From: Mustelus asterias | Lineage: Eukaryota | Reading direction: 5' to 3' | Assembly: GCF_964213995.1 (NCBI RefSeq) | Contig: NW_027590077.1 | Location: 930,001 to 994,000 of the forward strand | DNA: 64,000 bases | Part shown: positions 49,056 through 62,250 of the stretch, in pieces | Numbering within the stretch: the stretch's first letter is position 1 | How the letters are laid out: each line of letters starts with the position of its first letter | Position numbers and translations under genes: made by a program | The notes under the pieces: model-generated | Databases searched by the model: none | Told to the model about the DNA's origin: nothing | What the model saw: the letters and a program-made list of their open reading frames with translations, nothing else

Positions 49056-49491
49056 CAGGGCCGGATTTAGACATGGTGAGGCCCTGAGCTACATAAAGCT
49101 TGGAGGCCCCTTGTTAAAATGTTACGCTAACAGGTCTCACAAAGGTGCATTCCAAAACAGGATCTTGGTTCGCCACAAAAAAATTGAAAACATAATTATG
49201 CCGATTCATTATTCAATAGCAAGGTATTTAAAGTGAAAAATACAAATTATTTTCAAATGAATGCATTTACTGATTCCGTATTTATCATCTGGCTGGTTTG
49301 ATATCTCGCATAGATTTTGGTAATGTGGTAATTTTTTGAGTTGCTCTTCAAGCTGGTGCTATCTTTTTATTTTCTGGTATCCATTCTTAAATGTTCTCTT
49401 CATTGTAAACCTTCTGAAATTTTGTACGGCCTCTGCGGATTGTGAGGCTCGAAGCTGTAGCTTGTTTAGCTCATGCCTAAATCCGGCACTG
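49056..49491. mobile_element. Non-autonomous hAT-type DNA transposon (MITE), 436 bp
   Basis: TIRs CAGGGCCGGATTTAG / CTAAATCCGGCACTG; 8-bp TSD ATCGCATG / ATCGCACG. Confidence 0.88.
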
Positions 49492-50709
49492 ATCGCACGG
49501 CACATCTGCTGACTGGGACTTTATGTTTATTGATACGAGGGGAAAGAGGGAGACCAGTGAGGTTCCTTCAATCTAAGCAGGAAGTGATCAACTGGCCCAA
49601 ATAGATCAGGGCCCTCGTCTGACCTGACTGTCTGCCCCTCTGCCGCGGCTATATTCACGGCCAGTTGTTCCTGGAGAGGATCTCCATGCCCATTGGGCAC
49701 CAGAGGGGCAGGGGTGTATTATTGACCACATTTAACCACATTTTACGCTGATGTTTCAGTTTTCCTTTATACTTTGGCAATGGGTTCTGGGTGCCCACAA
49801 CCCTCAGATCCTAGTCACACACACACTCAGACTCACACTTCTCCATGCTACATAGTAACGCGACCCCCGAGCGGTCCGCGTCCAACTTCTTAGAGGGGCA
49901 AGTGGCGTACAGCCAAACGAGATTGAGCAATAACCCCCCCCCCCCCACCCCCCACCCCCGCCCCCTACCCCCATGTCGCCCTGTAAGGGGTTGAGGAATT
50001 TACTATATCCCTCCGTTTGCTTGATTGAGTTGATTTGATTTGGCAAGCATAATGACAGATCAGAGCGCAACATCAGCTCAAAACGAGATCAGTCCGTGTT
50101 CTGGCTCTTGTATCCCTCGTTCATCGGGTAGATTGAGTCAACCTGTTCATCAACAAATGTATATTCTGGAGCGCTGTTGTTTTTTTCCGCTCTGCTTTCA
50201 TGGAGAAAGATATTCTTCATTTTTCACTTTTTTTAAGTCAACAATAAATGAATATTATTCATATTGTTCAGGCACAACACCACAGGGTCAATCTTCAGGG
50301 CATTTGAAAATGGTCAGTGTACCTGTGCAATAGACATAGCAATTATATAATTTCTTCAACTCATAGACAAAGTAAGTGCTGCAGTTTCTGATCTTTATCT
50401 CATGGGCTCGCTGGCAATTCTCTATCTTCCAGTTGATGCAGGCTGTCCTCTTGACTTCTCCTTCTCCCACGGTGGGATGGGTACCTGAAATCAGATTGAT
50501 AAGTCATAAAGAATGTTGTCGATGTGAACAGCCCCTGTACAGTGAATACAAAGCTGATCTCATCAGCTCTGAGATTACCATTTAACCAGGTTTGTCCACC
50601 CGACGAGCAGCGGCCCTCTGGAACTGCAGTTTCGGCAATCTTTCATCCACCAGAACTGAAACAACAATCAGATATTTACTATAATTTTATAATAATTATT
50701 TTTTCATTT

Positions 50710-53115
50710 GGTTTATTAATCATTTTCACAAGTTGGCTTACATTAACGCCGCAATGAAGTCATTGTGATAATAATCTTACCGCCAAATTCTGACGCCTGT
50801 TCGTGTGCACTGAGGGAGAATTTATCATGGCCAATGCATCTAACCAACATGTCTTTCGGACTGTGGGAGGAAACCGGAGCACCCGGAGAAAACCAACACA
50901 GACACGGGGAGAACATACAGTCTCCACCGTGCAGTCTCCGCACAGAGAGTGATCCAAGTCAAGAATCGAATCCGGGTCCCTGACGCTGTGAGGCGGCAGT
51001 ACAAAATATTGTGCCACCATGCTGTAGATCGGATAGTGCAGGTATTCAGACAACAACGGTGAGACCAGCGGAAGGTAAATAGTGGGGTGATTGTGGCATC
51101 CGCCATTTTACTGGACTGTCAATATCAGGATCCTGGTAAACACTGCTTCCAATCCAGGACATCAGCTCGGGAAATCTAAATGCAACTAATTAATATGAGT
51201 GGAAATGGAATTTAGCCACATTCGCCATGCCAACTGGTTTAAAACACACATGGTTTGATGATGGAAGCATCAGGGAATCCCCACAGAGTGGAAGAGGCCA
51301 TTCAGCCCATCGTGTCTGCACCGTGGCTGGCAGAGTATATTACCCAAACCCTTTCCTCTACCGTACCTGTAACTCAATACATTCACCATGGCTAATCCAC
51401 CTAACCTGCCCATCTGTGGGCACTAAGGTGCAGCATGGCATCGCCAGTCTGCCTAACCTGCACATTTTGAACACTAATTTGCAATGGCCAATCTATCTAA
51501 CCAATGCATCTTTGGTTCGTTAATGTATTTCAGGGAGGGAAGTCTACTGCCCTGACGAGGTTTGACCTACACGTGCCTCCAGACTCACAGCCAACTGGTG
51601 ACCTCTTCCGTGTCCAATGAACTGAACTGGTGAGCCACACGGTAACAGACCACTTCAGAAAAACTGCATCGAAACAAGGGGGCAGCTCACGACGACATTC
51701 TCAGGGAAGTTTGTTTGAATTCAATGCTGTCTTTGCCTGAAAGGGCTGGAGCATAGGGATACGGATGTTATGCTGTAGTTGTACAATAACCTAGTTAGAC
51801 CCACTTAGAGTACTGCAGCAGGTACGGCACTCCATTTTAGGCAGAATGTTTTGGTCCTGGAGCTAGTTCAATGCAGGTTTGCAAGAATGGTACCTGGACT
51901 TCAGGGGTTAAAGTACGAGGAGGAATTAGACAAATTAAGCCTTATTTTTTCCCAAATTCAAAAGGTTGAGGGGTGAACTGAAATAAGTCTATTGAATATT
52001 TACATGGAAGTGCCGGGTGGTTGAGAATAAACTGTTTCCACGAGCTGAAGGATCAAGAAATAAGGGCCATAGTATAAAAAAGAAGGCTCAAGCCTTTCAG
52101 GAGAGATGTTAGAAAGCATTTCTACAAGCAGAGAGTGGTGGAGGTTTGGAATTCTTCAAACCCCAGTGGATGCTGGTTCAATTGTTCGGTTTAAGTCTGA
52201 GATTTTTCTTATAATGAGCAGGGATATCAAGGGCTATGGGCCGAGAGCAGGTACTGAAATGCACAGTGACACAATATTTCGTTCTACCGCCTCACAGCGC
52301 CAGGGACCCTGGTTCGATTCCCAGCTTGGGTCACTGTCCGTGTGCAGTTTGCACGTTCTCCTCGTGTCAGCGTGGTTATCGTCCAGTTGCTCCGGTTTCC
52401 TCGCACACTCAATGATATGCAGGTTACGTGGATTGGCCATGTCCCCTGGTGTCCAAAGATGTGTAGTATGAGTGATTAGTGAGGTATATACATAGGGTTA
52501 CGGGGACAGGGTCTGGGAGGGATACACTTCCGCAGAGTCGCTGCAGACACAATGGGCCGAATTGCCACCTTATGCACTGTGTAGATTCTACATGGGGCTA
52601 GGCCACATCTCAGCCATAATCTTACTGAATGTCCGAGCAGGGTCGATGGGCTGAATGGCCGACTCCTGTTCCCTTTTTCCAAATGAATTGATCATTTCAA
52701 GAGTACGTAAACCCGTTTGGATCTCTACTTCATCGAGTTTAGGATGAGGGATGAGCTCATTTAAACTTGCAGAATGACTGAATGGCCTGGATCGAGTGGA
52801 TGTAGGGAAGATATTTCCAGTTATGGGACTGACTAGGATCTGAGGGTACGGCCTCAGAATAAAGGGACTCTATAGGACCGAGATGAGCAGGAAATTCAAT
52901 CAGAGGGTCGTGGATCTGTGAAATTCATTGCCACAGAAGGCTGTGGATGCCAGGTGATCGAGAGATAAATAGGTTCTGGATTGGTAAGGGGATCAAAAGT
53001 TATGGGGAAACGGCGGGAGAATGGAGTTGAGAAATACGTCAGCCATGATCGAATGGTGGAGCAGAGTCGATGGGCCCAATGGCCAAATTCTGCTTTTATA
53101 TTCTATGGTCTTATG
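50710..53115. mobile_element. Intronic stack of V-SINEs and old CR1 3' fragments
   Basis: V-SINE ~50710-51022 (minus) and ~52290-52570 (plus); CR1 remnants ~51740-52260 and ~52735-53115 (plus). Confidence 0.7.
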
Positions 53116-53359
53116 ATCCTCGTTTATTTAATGACGTTTTTGCAATTCTCCCTTTATATTTCCTTTTAAACCGGTACCATCCATGATTAAGATTGGTGTC
53201 ACACTTCTGATCGGAGCACTCGGAGTCTTGACATTCTGTACCCCTCCAGAGTTCCTCCAGGACTGTGTGGTCCTCACATGGGTCAGTGATTGCCAACTCT
53301 GGAACTGAGTGAGACAGACAACATATTGACTAGAGTAGAGCTGAACTAAAAGTTAAAGT

Positions 53360-53655
53360 TTACTTATTAGTCTTACATTCTTGTAGGCTTACATTCACAC
53401 TGTAATGAAGTGACTCTCAAAATCCCCTAGTTGCCACACTACGGCGCCTGTTCGAGTACACTAAGGGGTAATTTAGGATGGCAAATGGACTTGACCTGTT
53501 CATCTTTCGGTTGTGGGAGGAAACCAGAGCACACAGAGGAAATCCACGCAGACACAGGGAGAGCGTGCAATCCATGCACAGACAAGACCCAAGCTCGGAA
53601 CCGAACCCACGTGTCTGGCACTGTGAGGCAGCAGTGCTAACGACTGTGCCACCGT
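53360..53655 (-). mobile_element. V-SINE (HE1-like)
   Basis: ggcactgtgaggcagcagtgctaac head, reversed. Confidence 0.75.
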
Positions 53656-53694
53656 TCTGCCCTGCGTCACACAGTGTCACGGAACCTTCAATTT

Positions 53695-54550
53695 CATTTT
53701 GCTCCAAGTCCATTTTCGGGTTTGCTGATGATACCAGTGTAGTGGGTCAGATCTCAAAAAAGGATGAGGCGGAGTACAGGAAAGATGTCGAGAATCTGGT
53801 TAACTTGTGTGACGACAATAATCTTTTGCTCAATATCAGTATAATGAAGGAGATAGTCATTGACTTCTGGAAGCGTAGTGGAGGATATGCCCCTCTCTAT
53901 ATCAACGGGGATGAAATGGAAATGGTCGACAGCTTCACGATCCTACGTGTCCAGATCAAAAACAACCTCTCCTCGTCATTCCACGCAGTTAAGAAAGCTG
54001 ACCAACGCTTCTACTTTCTCAAGACATTGAGGAAATTCGGCACATCCGGTAGGACTCTCAAGAACGTTTTACAGATTAACCAAAGAAAGCATCCTTTCCC
54101 GATATATCACAGATTGGTATGGCTCCTGCCCTGACCAATATCGCAAGAAACAACAAAGGGATGTGAACGTAGCCCAGTCCATCACACAAGCCAGTCTCCC
54201 ATCCATTAACTCCGTCAAAACTTGCTGATGCCTCGGGAAAAGCAGCCTGCATAACCAAGGACCCCAAACACACCAGGCATACTACCTTCCAGCTTATAAT
54301 GTCGGGGAAAAAATACAAAAGTCTGAGAACACGCCCTGAACAATTCAAGAGCAGCGTTTTTCCTCCTGCCATCAGACATTTGAATTGTCTATCTCTATTA
54401 AGCTAATCTTTCGCTGCACTCTAGCTATGAATGTAACACTGCATTCTACACGCTGTCATTTCCTTCTCCTCTATGGATTCTCTGAACTGTTGGCATTGTC
54501 TGTGCAGTGCGCAAGAAACATTGCTTATCGCTCTACCCCAATACATGTGG
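53695..54550 (+). mobile_element. Rex1/Babar-type LINE 3' fragment
   Basis: FADDTSVVGQIS..DEAEYR....L...C..NNL.LN...KEIVIDF..KKADQRFYFL..LRKFG is typical of Rex1/Babar RT C-termini. Confidence 0.82.
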
Positions 54551-54559
54551 CAGTAATCC

Positions 54560-55195
54560 ATAGAGTGCCGACATTGCAGAAGGAGGCCATTCGGCCCATC
54601 CAATCTGCGGTGACCACAATCACCCCCAGGCCCACATATTTATCCTGCTAATCCCCCTGACACTCGGGTCAATTTAGCATGGCCAATCAACCTAACTGAC
54701 ACATCTTTGGAGTGTGGGAGGAAATTGGAGCACCCGCAGGAAACCCACGCAGACACAGGAAGAATGGGCAAACTCGACACAGGAATTGAACCCGAGGTTC
54801 TGGTGCTGTGAGGCAGCAGTGCTAATCACTGTGCCACCGTGTACATTGAGTCTGCACCGGCTACCCAAACGAGCCCAATCCCATGCCCTAACGCCACACG
54901 TTGCTCACGGCTCATTCAACTAACCTGCACACTTGGAGACAAAGGGAGAATTTAGCATGGCAAATGCACCTAAACTGCACATATTCGGACACTAAGAGAT
55001 AATTAAGCATGGCAATTCAACTACCATATGAACTTTTAGAGTGTGGGAGGAGACAACAGCACCCAGTGGAATCCTCGGCAGACACAGGGCGAACGTGGAC
55101 ACAGAAATGTACACAGTCACCCAAGGCCGGAATTGGGCCTGCGTCCCTGGCACTGTGAGTCAGGAGTGCTAATCACTCTGCCATCTGTGCCGCCC
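54560..55195 (-). mobile_element. Two V-SINE copies
   Basis: Core motifs at ~54560-54840 and ~54850-55195. Confidence 0.7.
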
Positions 55196-55469
55196 AAAAT
55201 GGAAATGGGTTCAGTAAATGGTGGGGTGAGGAGTGGGTGAGAGATGTGATGGGTTCACAGAAGTAGTAGAGAGCTATTCAAAGGCCCTCTTTACTTCTTG
55301 GAATGGGTTCGTAGGTATTTTGAGGGAACGCTCTAACTCCTGGTCGATCATAGCAGCAGTTCTTTTTAATGTAGTCAGCTTCACCAATACACTCTTCAAT
55401 GACATTCCGTGCACGATAAAGTCAGGCGTGGGCATATGTAATGAGCGGGAGGGAAGAGAGTCTTTGAAT

Positions 55470-57320
55470 CCTTCCTCATCCTCTGAAGGACCAATGTTAA
55501 CTTCAGACATTCTTTTTCGTTTTATATATTTGTAGAAACTTTTGCTCTCTGTTTTTTTTATTGTGAGCGAGTTCACTCTCATAATCAATCTTATTTTTAT
55601 TGATAGCATTTTTCCTGGCTTTTTGTTGACCATTAAAGATTCCCAATCCTCGAGTTTCCCACTAATCATTCCGAATTTGGATGCATTGTTTTTTCATTTT
55701 GATACCCTCCTTTATTTTCTTAGATATCCACGGCTGATTACCTTTTTTTCTACAGTCCTTCCTTATCACTGGTAGATACTTCCGCTGAGCATTGTGAAAA
55801 ATCGCTTTGAAAGTCCTCCACTGTTCCTCAATTGTCCCACCATAATGCTTTTGATCCCAGCCTACCTTAGACAACTCTTCCCTCACCCCATTGAATTCTC
55901 CTTTGCTTAAGCAAGAGACACTGGTGTTGGATTTTACATTCTCACGCTCCATCTCTATTTTAAATTCAACCATAATGTGATCGCTTCTTCCAAAAGGATC
56001 CCTAACTGTAAAATCTTTGATTATGCCTGTCTCATTGCACAGGACGAGGTCTAGGATAGCTTGCTCCCCCGTAGGTTCCATTACATACTGTTCACGGAAG
56101 CTATCGCGGATTTATTCGATGAATTCCTCCTCAAGGCTGCCTTGACCGACCTGGTTTGACCAATTGACATGTAGATTAACATCCCCCATAATAATTTCTG
56201 TGCCAGTTTCACACGCACCATTTAATTCTTTGTTTATTTAATGCTCCACTTATTCTCCTTACTATTTCTAATTTCCACGAAAATGGATTAAAACTTTTTT
56301 CCATAGAACCAATATCATCCTTCACTACCGCCCTGATGCCACCCTTAAATATCAGAGCTACACCACCTCCCTTATCTCCCTGTCTGTCCTTCAGAACAAT
56401 CTGATACCCCTAGATATTTAACTCCCAGTCGTGACCATCCTGCAACCATGTCTCTGTATTAGCCACCAAATCATACTCATTCACGATGATTTGCACCGTC
56501 AACTCATTTACCTTGTTTTGAATGCTCCGAGCATTCAGATAAAGTACCCTTATGCTCGTTTATTTTACCTTCTTTTTGAATCCTAACACCTCCGCGAATA
56601 ACATCTCCTGAGTTCTTCTTCCTTTTAACTTTTTTTTCCAGATTTTTGATGGAGATGGAACCTTCTCCACACATGCTGACCTGCTGCTTTGCTTTTATTA
56701 ACCGTTATACTCCCCGTAGCTTTACTCTTCCTTCTCCCAACTTGCTAGTTTAAAGTGCTTTTGACAACGCTCTTTATCCTTTTCGCTAGTACACTGGTCC
56801 CAGATCGGTTCAGGTGAAGACTGTCCCAACGGTACAGATTCCTGCTGTTCCCGTACCCCATGAAATGGAACCCCTCTTTCCTGAGCCATTCCTTTAACCA
56901 CTTCCCGAATATTCTCAACCCTATGCAAATTTTCACGTGACTCGGGTAATAATCCCGAGATTATAACCCTTAATAACCTGTTAGTTCATTTATTTGCTAC
57001 TGTTTGATAGTCCCCAAACAGGTCCGCTTTTCTAGTCTTGCCTATGACGTTTGTCCCAACGTGGTCCACAACAAATGGATCCTCCCCGTCCAATATCCTT
57101 TCAAGCCAGTCGGAGAAGTCCCTCACCCTGGCACTGGGCAAACAAAATTCAGGATCCCCCTACCTGCCTTACTTGCTGTCACACCCTTCTGTCCATGACC
57201 GGTTTAGAAGTACCGAATCCAGCGGGTTTGACCGCCTTCTGAAACAACGTCTCCAGGTAAGTCTCCCCCTCTCTGGTGTGCCACAGCATCTCAAACTCGG
57301 AATCTGAGCCAAAGTTATTA
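55470..57320 (-). mobile_element. CR1 fragment (ORF1 esterase + APE), degenerate
   Basis: EPTGEQAILDLVLCN..GRSDH; WDSLHLN esterase motif. Confidence 0.85.
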
Positions 57321-57974
57321 GAGAACAAATTCACAGTGGAAGACACAAATAAAATGCCAAAAATGCTGAGCAGAAGACTATGGCGGGTGAGGACCCAGAA
57401 ACTATCATTATCAGTAGTGTTGGGCAAGTTAATTTTCATAGACGCAGTCACTGCTTCCAGAAAGTGGACCAACGGAAGGCACCCCCGTGTTCTGGATGGA
57501 TTGTCCGTGGAAATCCTCAACAGTGACTCCAGAAACTATGATTTCTCACGGCATTCGTGCAAAGACAGGGAAGGACATCTTCTGCTGACTCCCACCTACC
57601 ACCTCCGTCAGCTGAAAAATCCCCGTTACTCAACGCTAAATAATAGTTCAGGGAATCATTAGTTTCAGATTTCTACCTCTCTCTTTGGTCCATGTCATTT
57701 TCTCAATCACCATGTGAATCACATCATCTTTTGCATGGAAGTACAAACGTGCTTCAGCGTCCTGTGAACAGAAAGGTCTAATATACTGGGAATTAAGTGC
57801 CAGAGTGTAACACATTTTTCCAAGTCGATATGAGTAACAGATTTCTTAGTCTCCGTCGAATTGACGTCTCCACATTTTGAACTTAAAAACGGAGGCAATT
57901 GTCTGCAACTTTATATGCCTGACACCAACCTCTCACTGAAACAAGTCAGAGCCGTTATTTGACATTCATCAATT

Positions 57975-58325
57975 GGGAGGCTGTGGCGTTGTGGAATTGT
58001 CTCCAGATTAGTAATCCAGAGAACCAGAGTAATTTTCTGGGGCCCTGGTTTGGAATCCCACCATGGCACATGGAGAAATTTGAATTCAATAAAAATCTGG
58101 AATTGAAAGTCGACTGATGGCCATGAAACCATTATCGATTTTCGTAAAAACCCATCTGGTTCACTGATGCCCTGCAGGGAAGGAAATCTACCGTCCTTAA
58201 CTGGTCTGGGCTACACGTGACTCCAGAACCACAGCAATTTAGTTGACTCTAAAATACCGTCAGGGATGGATAATAAATGCTGGCCCAGCCATCGACGCCC
58301 ACAACCCGTGAACGAATAAAAGAAA
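57975..58325 (+). mobile_element. tRNA-derived SINE with L2-like tail (Deu/SacSINE-like)
   Basis: tRNA-like head (gtggcgttgtgg..ggtttggaatcccacc), central cccatctggttcact..ggaaggaaatct, tail aataaatgctggcccagcc..gaacgaataaa shared with the LINE at 35430-36565. Confidence 0.7.
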
Positions 58326-59599
58326 AATAAACCGCTGTCAGTTATTATAAACAATTAGTTACATAGTCAAAATCGATTAACCCAAACTTTTTAAAACAAA
58401 ATTAAATATCCTGCACAATTGAAACAAGAGACAGGGAAAAGGGATAGATGGAGTAGGTAGATAGATAAAGGAGAGTGAGAGAGAAAGGGTTAGGCAGACA
58501 TGTGGTGAGATAGACAATGACAGGGACAGGAACAGAGACAGATTAAGGAATAAAAAAATGAAATGGAGGGAACTATCCGCTAAACATAGCGAATGAAATT
58601 CTTATCCCCCTCCATCCCCCCCCCCCCCCCCCGCCCCGGCGGCAAACACCCTCCTCCCTCCACCCCCCGATCCCCTGCCCCCGCGCACGTATGCTGATAT
58701 CGTAATGTATTGCAGCTACAATTATAGACTCCCACAAACATCAATTGCAGACTGACCGGCGAATCACTGTCAATGACATTGGTCGGTGGATGAATATTGC
58801 TCCAGGGAGGGAGCCATATTCCCTCGAGGGAAAACGCTCCAAATCTTCTTTGCACAAAGTTCAGGAAAGTTTGAACGTAGGATATTCGGTTATGACTCTG
58901 TTAACCAGGTACTGGTTAATCGGCACTGTTTTGCGAGTTTCAGTGTATTATCTTTCCAGAGATCTCGACTGGTGCTCCCAGATGTGATTCAAAATCCATC
59001 GTGGTTGGTGTATTTAAAATCCAATGAATACAACCCTTAACTGAAAGTTATTCTCAGTAATGCGGACCATGAACATATCATTGCAGTACAAAAAAACAAC
59101 CTAGTTTATTAATGCATTTAATGGATTGACTCCTGTCCACTTTACAAAGCAGGCTTACATGCGATTCCGGACACTGCTTAACCTGGTTGACTCTCAAACT
59201 CTCTCTGAAATGGCCAAGCCAGTCTTTCAGATCAGGGCTATTGTTTGGCACCAAATGCTGGTTCCTTCAGCCACGCACACGTCCTATGAAATAATGAAAA
59301 TGAAGTGGAAACACGCTGAAAATAATTCACAGGAAAACCAACTGAGGAGATTTACCTTTAACACAGTGAGATATTGCGATCTGGACTTTCTGACTGCAAG
59401 GATACGGAAAGATATCCAGTAGTATATTTCTCAATGGGAATTCAACCAACAAAGCACAGTGGCTGCAGTCACTTTTAGACAGCATTCAACTCGCTGTTGC
59501 ATGGGGCAGAATGGGGAAAGATTTGCTCAAGCATATTCGGCGAAACTGGAAGTCTTCAGGTTAGGAGTGAGATACAATGTTTTCAGAAGATACCCTGGA

Positions 59600-61515
59600 G
59601 TTAATTTCAGGAACATCGAGGTAATTATAAAAGGGGCCAAGGCCAAGAACAACGTGAACCCGAATGCTAAACATAGCTATTTCAGAGCCAAACCTGGAGA
59701 AGGTGGAAACGGAAATACGAAATCTTGAAAGGTTGGTACAATCAGTCCTGTGCAATTTTCAGAATAGGTTGTGCCCATTGTCCCAGTTCTTCGGCCTGAA
59801 AACTCAATCTGTCTGTGTGGTGACAATAACCTACAGTCAACTGGCTCTCCAAACACTATAAATACCCCATGACCTGGATCAAAATGTGTAAACAAGTTAA
59901 CAGGTGGCAAGATGTTCTCCACATTTGACATGAGCCATGCCCAACTTCACTTGAATCGGACGAGTCCTCCTGGAATGTATGTGACATTCAGCAACTATAA
60001 TGGATTCTATGAGCATATCTGTTTGCACTTCGGAGTCTCATCAGCATGTGCCATGGGTATCATCAGTGTGTTTGGCCTTGCAAAGAGTTATGTCAAACAT
60101 CCGTCAAGGGCTACCCAAGTTAACAGTATATTTTGCTGACATCTTGGCAACGGACATTTTGGAACAGGAACTGGAAAATCTCTGCAAGACATCTTCCTTT
60201 TTGGCCAAAAAGGCAGATGTCTTGCAGAGATTTTCCAGAGCAACAGTTTGCTTGCAGAGAGGGAAATCCACTTTCAAAACAGGTGAAGCAAACTAATTAG
60301 GCTACCAAGTAGATGATAAGGGATTTACATGAGCTGTGGATGAAGGAAAGGGCATCAAGGAAGCGCGAACCCCAAGGAACGCCACGGAGTTAAAATCCTT
60401 CTGGAGTTAATTAGTTATAACAGAAAATGTATTCTGAATGTAGCTTCCATGCTGCCCCCTTGTATACCCGACTATGCAAATGCCTCCAATTTTCCTAGGG
60501 AGCGACGCAGAAAGGGGATATTTCTATAGTAAACCGCCAGTTACTGTCACTAACGCAATGGCTCATTTCGACTCTGAGAAAGACCTTATTTTAACTCGTG
60601 ATTCCTCCCCATCTGGGGTTCGTGCAGTGCTATCACATTGCTGACAAGACGGAACCGAGAATCCCGTCATGTACACCTCCCAGACCCTAGAGGATGCAGA
60701 ACGATGACACTTTCAAATTCAGAAGGAAGGTTTGGCGGCCCCATTTGGTGTGGACAAGTTTCAGCAATACATCAACTGTTAATTATTTTTTTAATAGTTG
60801 CCGATCCCATCCTGCTCTTCATCAAAGAGGACAAAGCAAATCCCCCAATCACCACCACTCGGATACAATGCTGCACACTGATATTGACTGACTATGAATA
60901 GATTCTGAAACACCTCCATGGAATCAGGGTCGCTAATGTGGACAGATCGAGTCACAAGCCTGACTCCTTTACCAACACTCGAAGAGGCTGTGATGACACT
61001 GAACCATATGGAGACCTTGCTAGTGTCAGCAAAGCAGATTAAAGCCCCGATTCAAAAGCACCCAGCCTTATCCAAAATTATGCACACAATATTACACACT
61101 GAATTCCAGCTTGGAACCTCTGAAGAAATGAAACCCGAGCTTATTAAGGAAGCCAAGCTTAGTGTTGAGAATGGGATCATTCGTTGGGGGTCCCAAGAAA
61201 ATGTTCTGACCCGAGGTCAAAGCCAAATATTCATGGAACAACTTAATGGCTGCCCGGGAGTATATAAATGAAAATGCTGGCTGGGAGATTCCTCTGGTGG
61301 CCCAGTGTTGATTCTGAAATCGCAGACTTCTGGCAGCAAAATCAAAAGCTGCCATCTCAAGCCTCCCTAAATCCAAGGGAGGTGCCTGGCATGTGTCTGG
61401 TTGCATGTGGACTTTGCTCGTCTTTTTGAGGCTTCTCTGCTTTTAATAATGATGGCAGCACACTCCAAGTCGCAACAGGTGCATCGGATGGGCTCCACGA
61501 CATCTCAGGTGATGA
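59600..61515 (+). mobile_element. Highly degenerate Ty3/Gypsy pol (RT, RNase H, integrase remnants)
   Basis: KVETEIRNLERL..PVQFSE*VVPIVPV..ICLCGD; YFADIL; DLILTRDSSPSGVRAVLSH; WWP..D; LHVDFA in shifting frames; LTRs not identified. Confidence 0.75.
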
Positions 61516-61519
61516 TCTT

Positions 61520-62250
61520 GGGCAGGACAAACAAGGCAAGGAAACAGATAACGAAGGGCAGTGACTACCAAGGATCAGAGGGACCTCGGTGTGCATGTAC
61601 ACAAGTTATTTAAGTTTGCAGGGCAGGTAGATGATGTGAATAAAACGGCATGTGTTTTTTTTTATTAGCCGTTGCACAGAGTTTAAGACCAGGATTGTTA
61701 TACTGGAACTGTATAAAACGTTGGCGAGGCCACAGCTAGAGTATTGTATGCAGTTCTGGAATCCACGTTATAGATGGGATGTGAGAGCACTGATGTTGCT
61801 TTGTCTGAGGAGTATTCGTCTTGAGAAGGAGATATTTGATAGACTGGTGTTGTTTCAGTTGAAGCAGAGGAGTGCATGGTTGAGATGTAAATAATTATGA
61901 GTGACATGGACAGGTTAGACAGGAAGAAACTTTTCCCCTTGGTGGAGTGAATAAATGACATGGGGCAATGGATTTAAGGTAAGGGACAGGAGGATTAGAA
62001 CGGACATGAGGAAAGCCCATTTCAAATAGCGGGAGCTGGAAGTCAGTACTCGCTGCCTGAAAGTGTGGTGGTGGCACAAAACCTCGCTACTTTAAAGAAG
62101 TATTTATATGCAGCCTTGAAATGCCATTGCTTATAAAGCTGTGAGCCAAGTGCTGGCGAATCGGTTTAGAATAGTTAGGTAGTTGTTTTTGACCAGCCTA
62201 GAAGAGATGGGCCGACGGGCATTTCCTGTGATGGAGATCTCTATGACTCA
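61520..62250 (+). mobile_element. Old CR1 3' fragment
   Basis: LYKTLARPQLEYCMQFW; ctctatgact tail. Confidence 0.8.

Larger units (their letters stand above)
43231..53304 (-). pseudogene. D10C gene copy 2 (pseudogene); exons 53163-53304, 50579-50655, 50323-50484, 44496-44591, 44092-44177, 43231-43320
   Basis: PELAITDPCEDHTVLEELWRGTECQDSECSDQKCDTNLNHGWYRFK / SGG*KIAETAVPEGRCSSGGQTWLN / GTHPTVGEGEVKRTACINWKIENCQRAHEIKIRNCSTYFVYELKKLYNCYVYCT / GPSTTTTLGLNEASVPKSTDPGSPIPTESPTA / DTEYQMINVELTSMTELDEEIAKSVTMYK / RMSKDQRAKEPIDWNRVDVQFSDLDVPDS*. Same D10C exon phases as copy 1; donor GA at 53161-62 and TGA at 50643-45. Last exon less certain; no signal exon found. Confidence 0.82.

Noticed and set aside
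50643-50645. TGA as selenocysteine
   Set aside because: Not at a Cys position (Ser in copy 1), no SECIS recognised, and the gene also has a broken donor.
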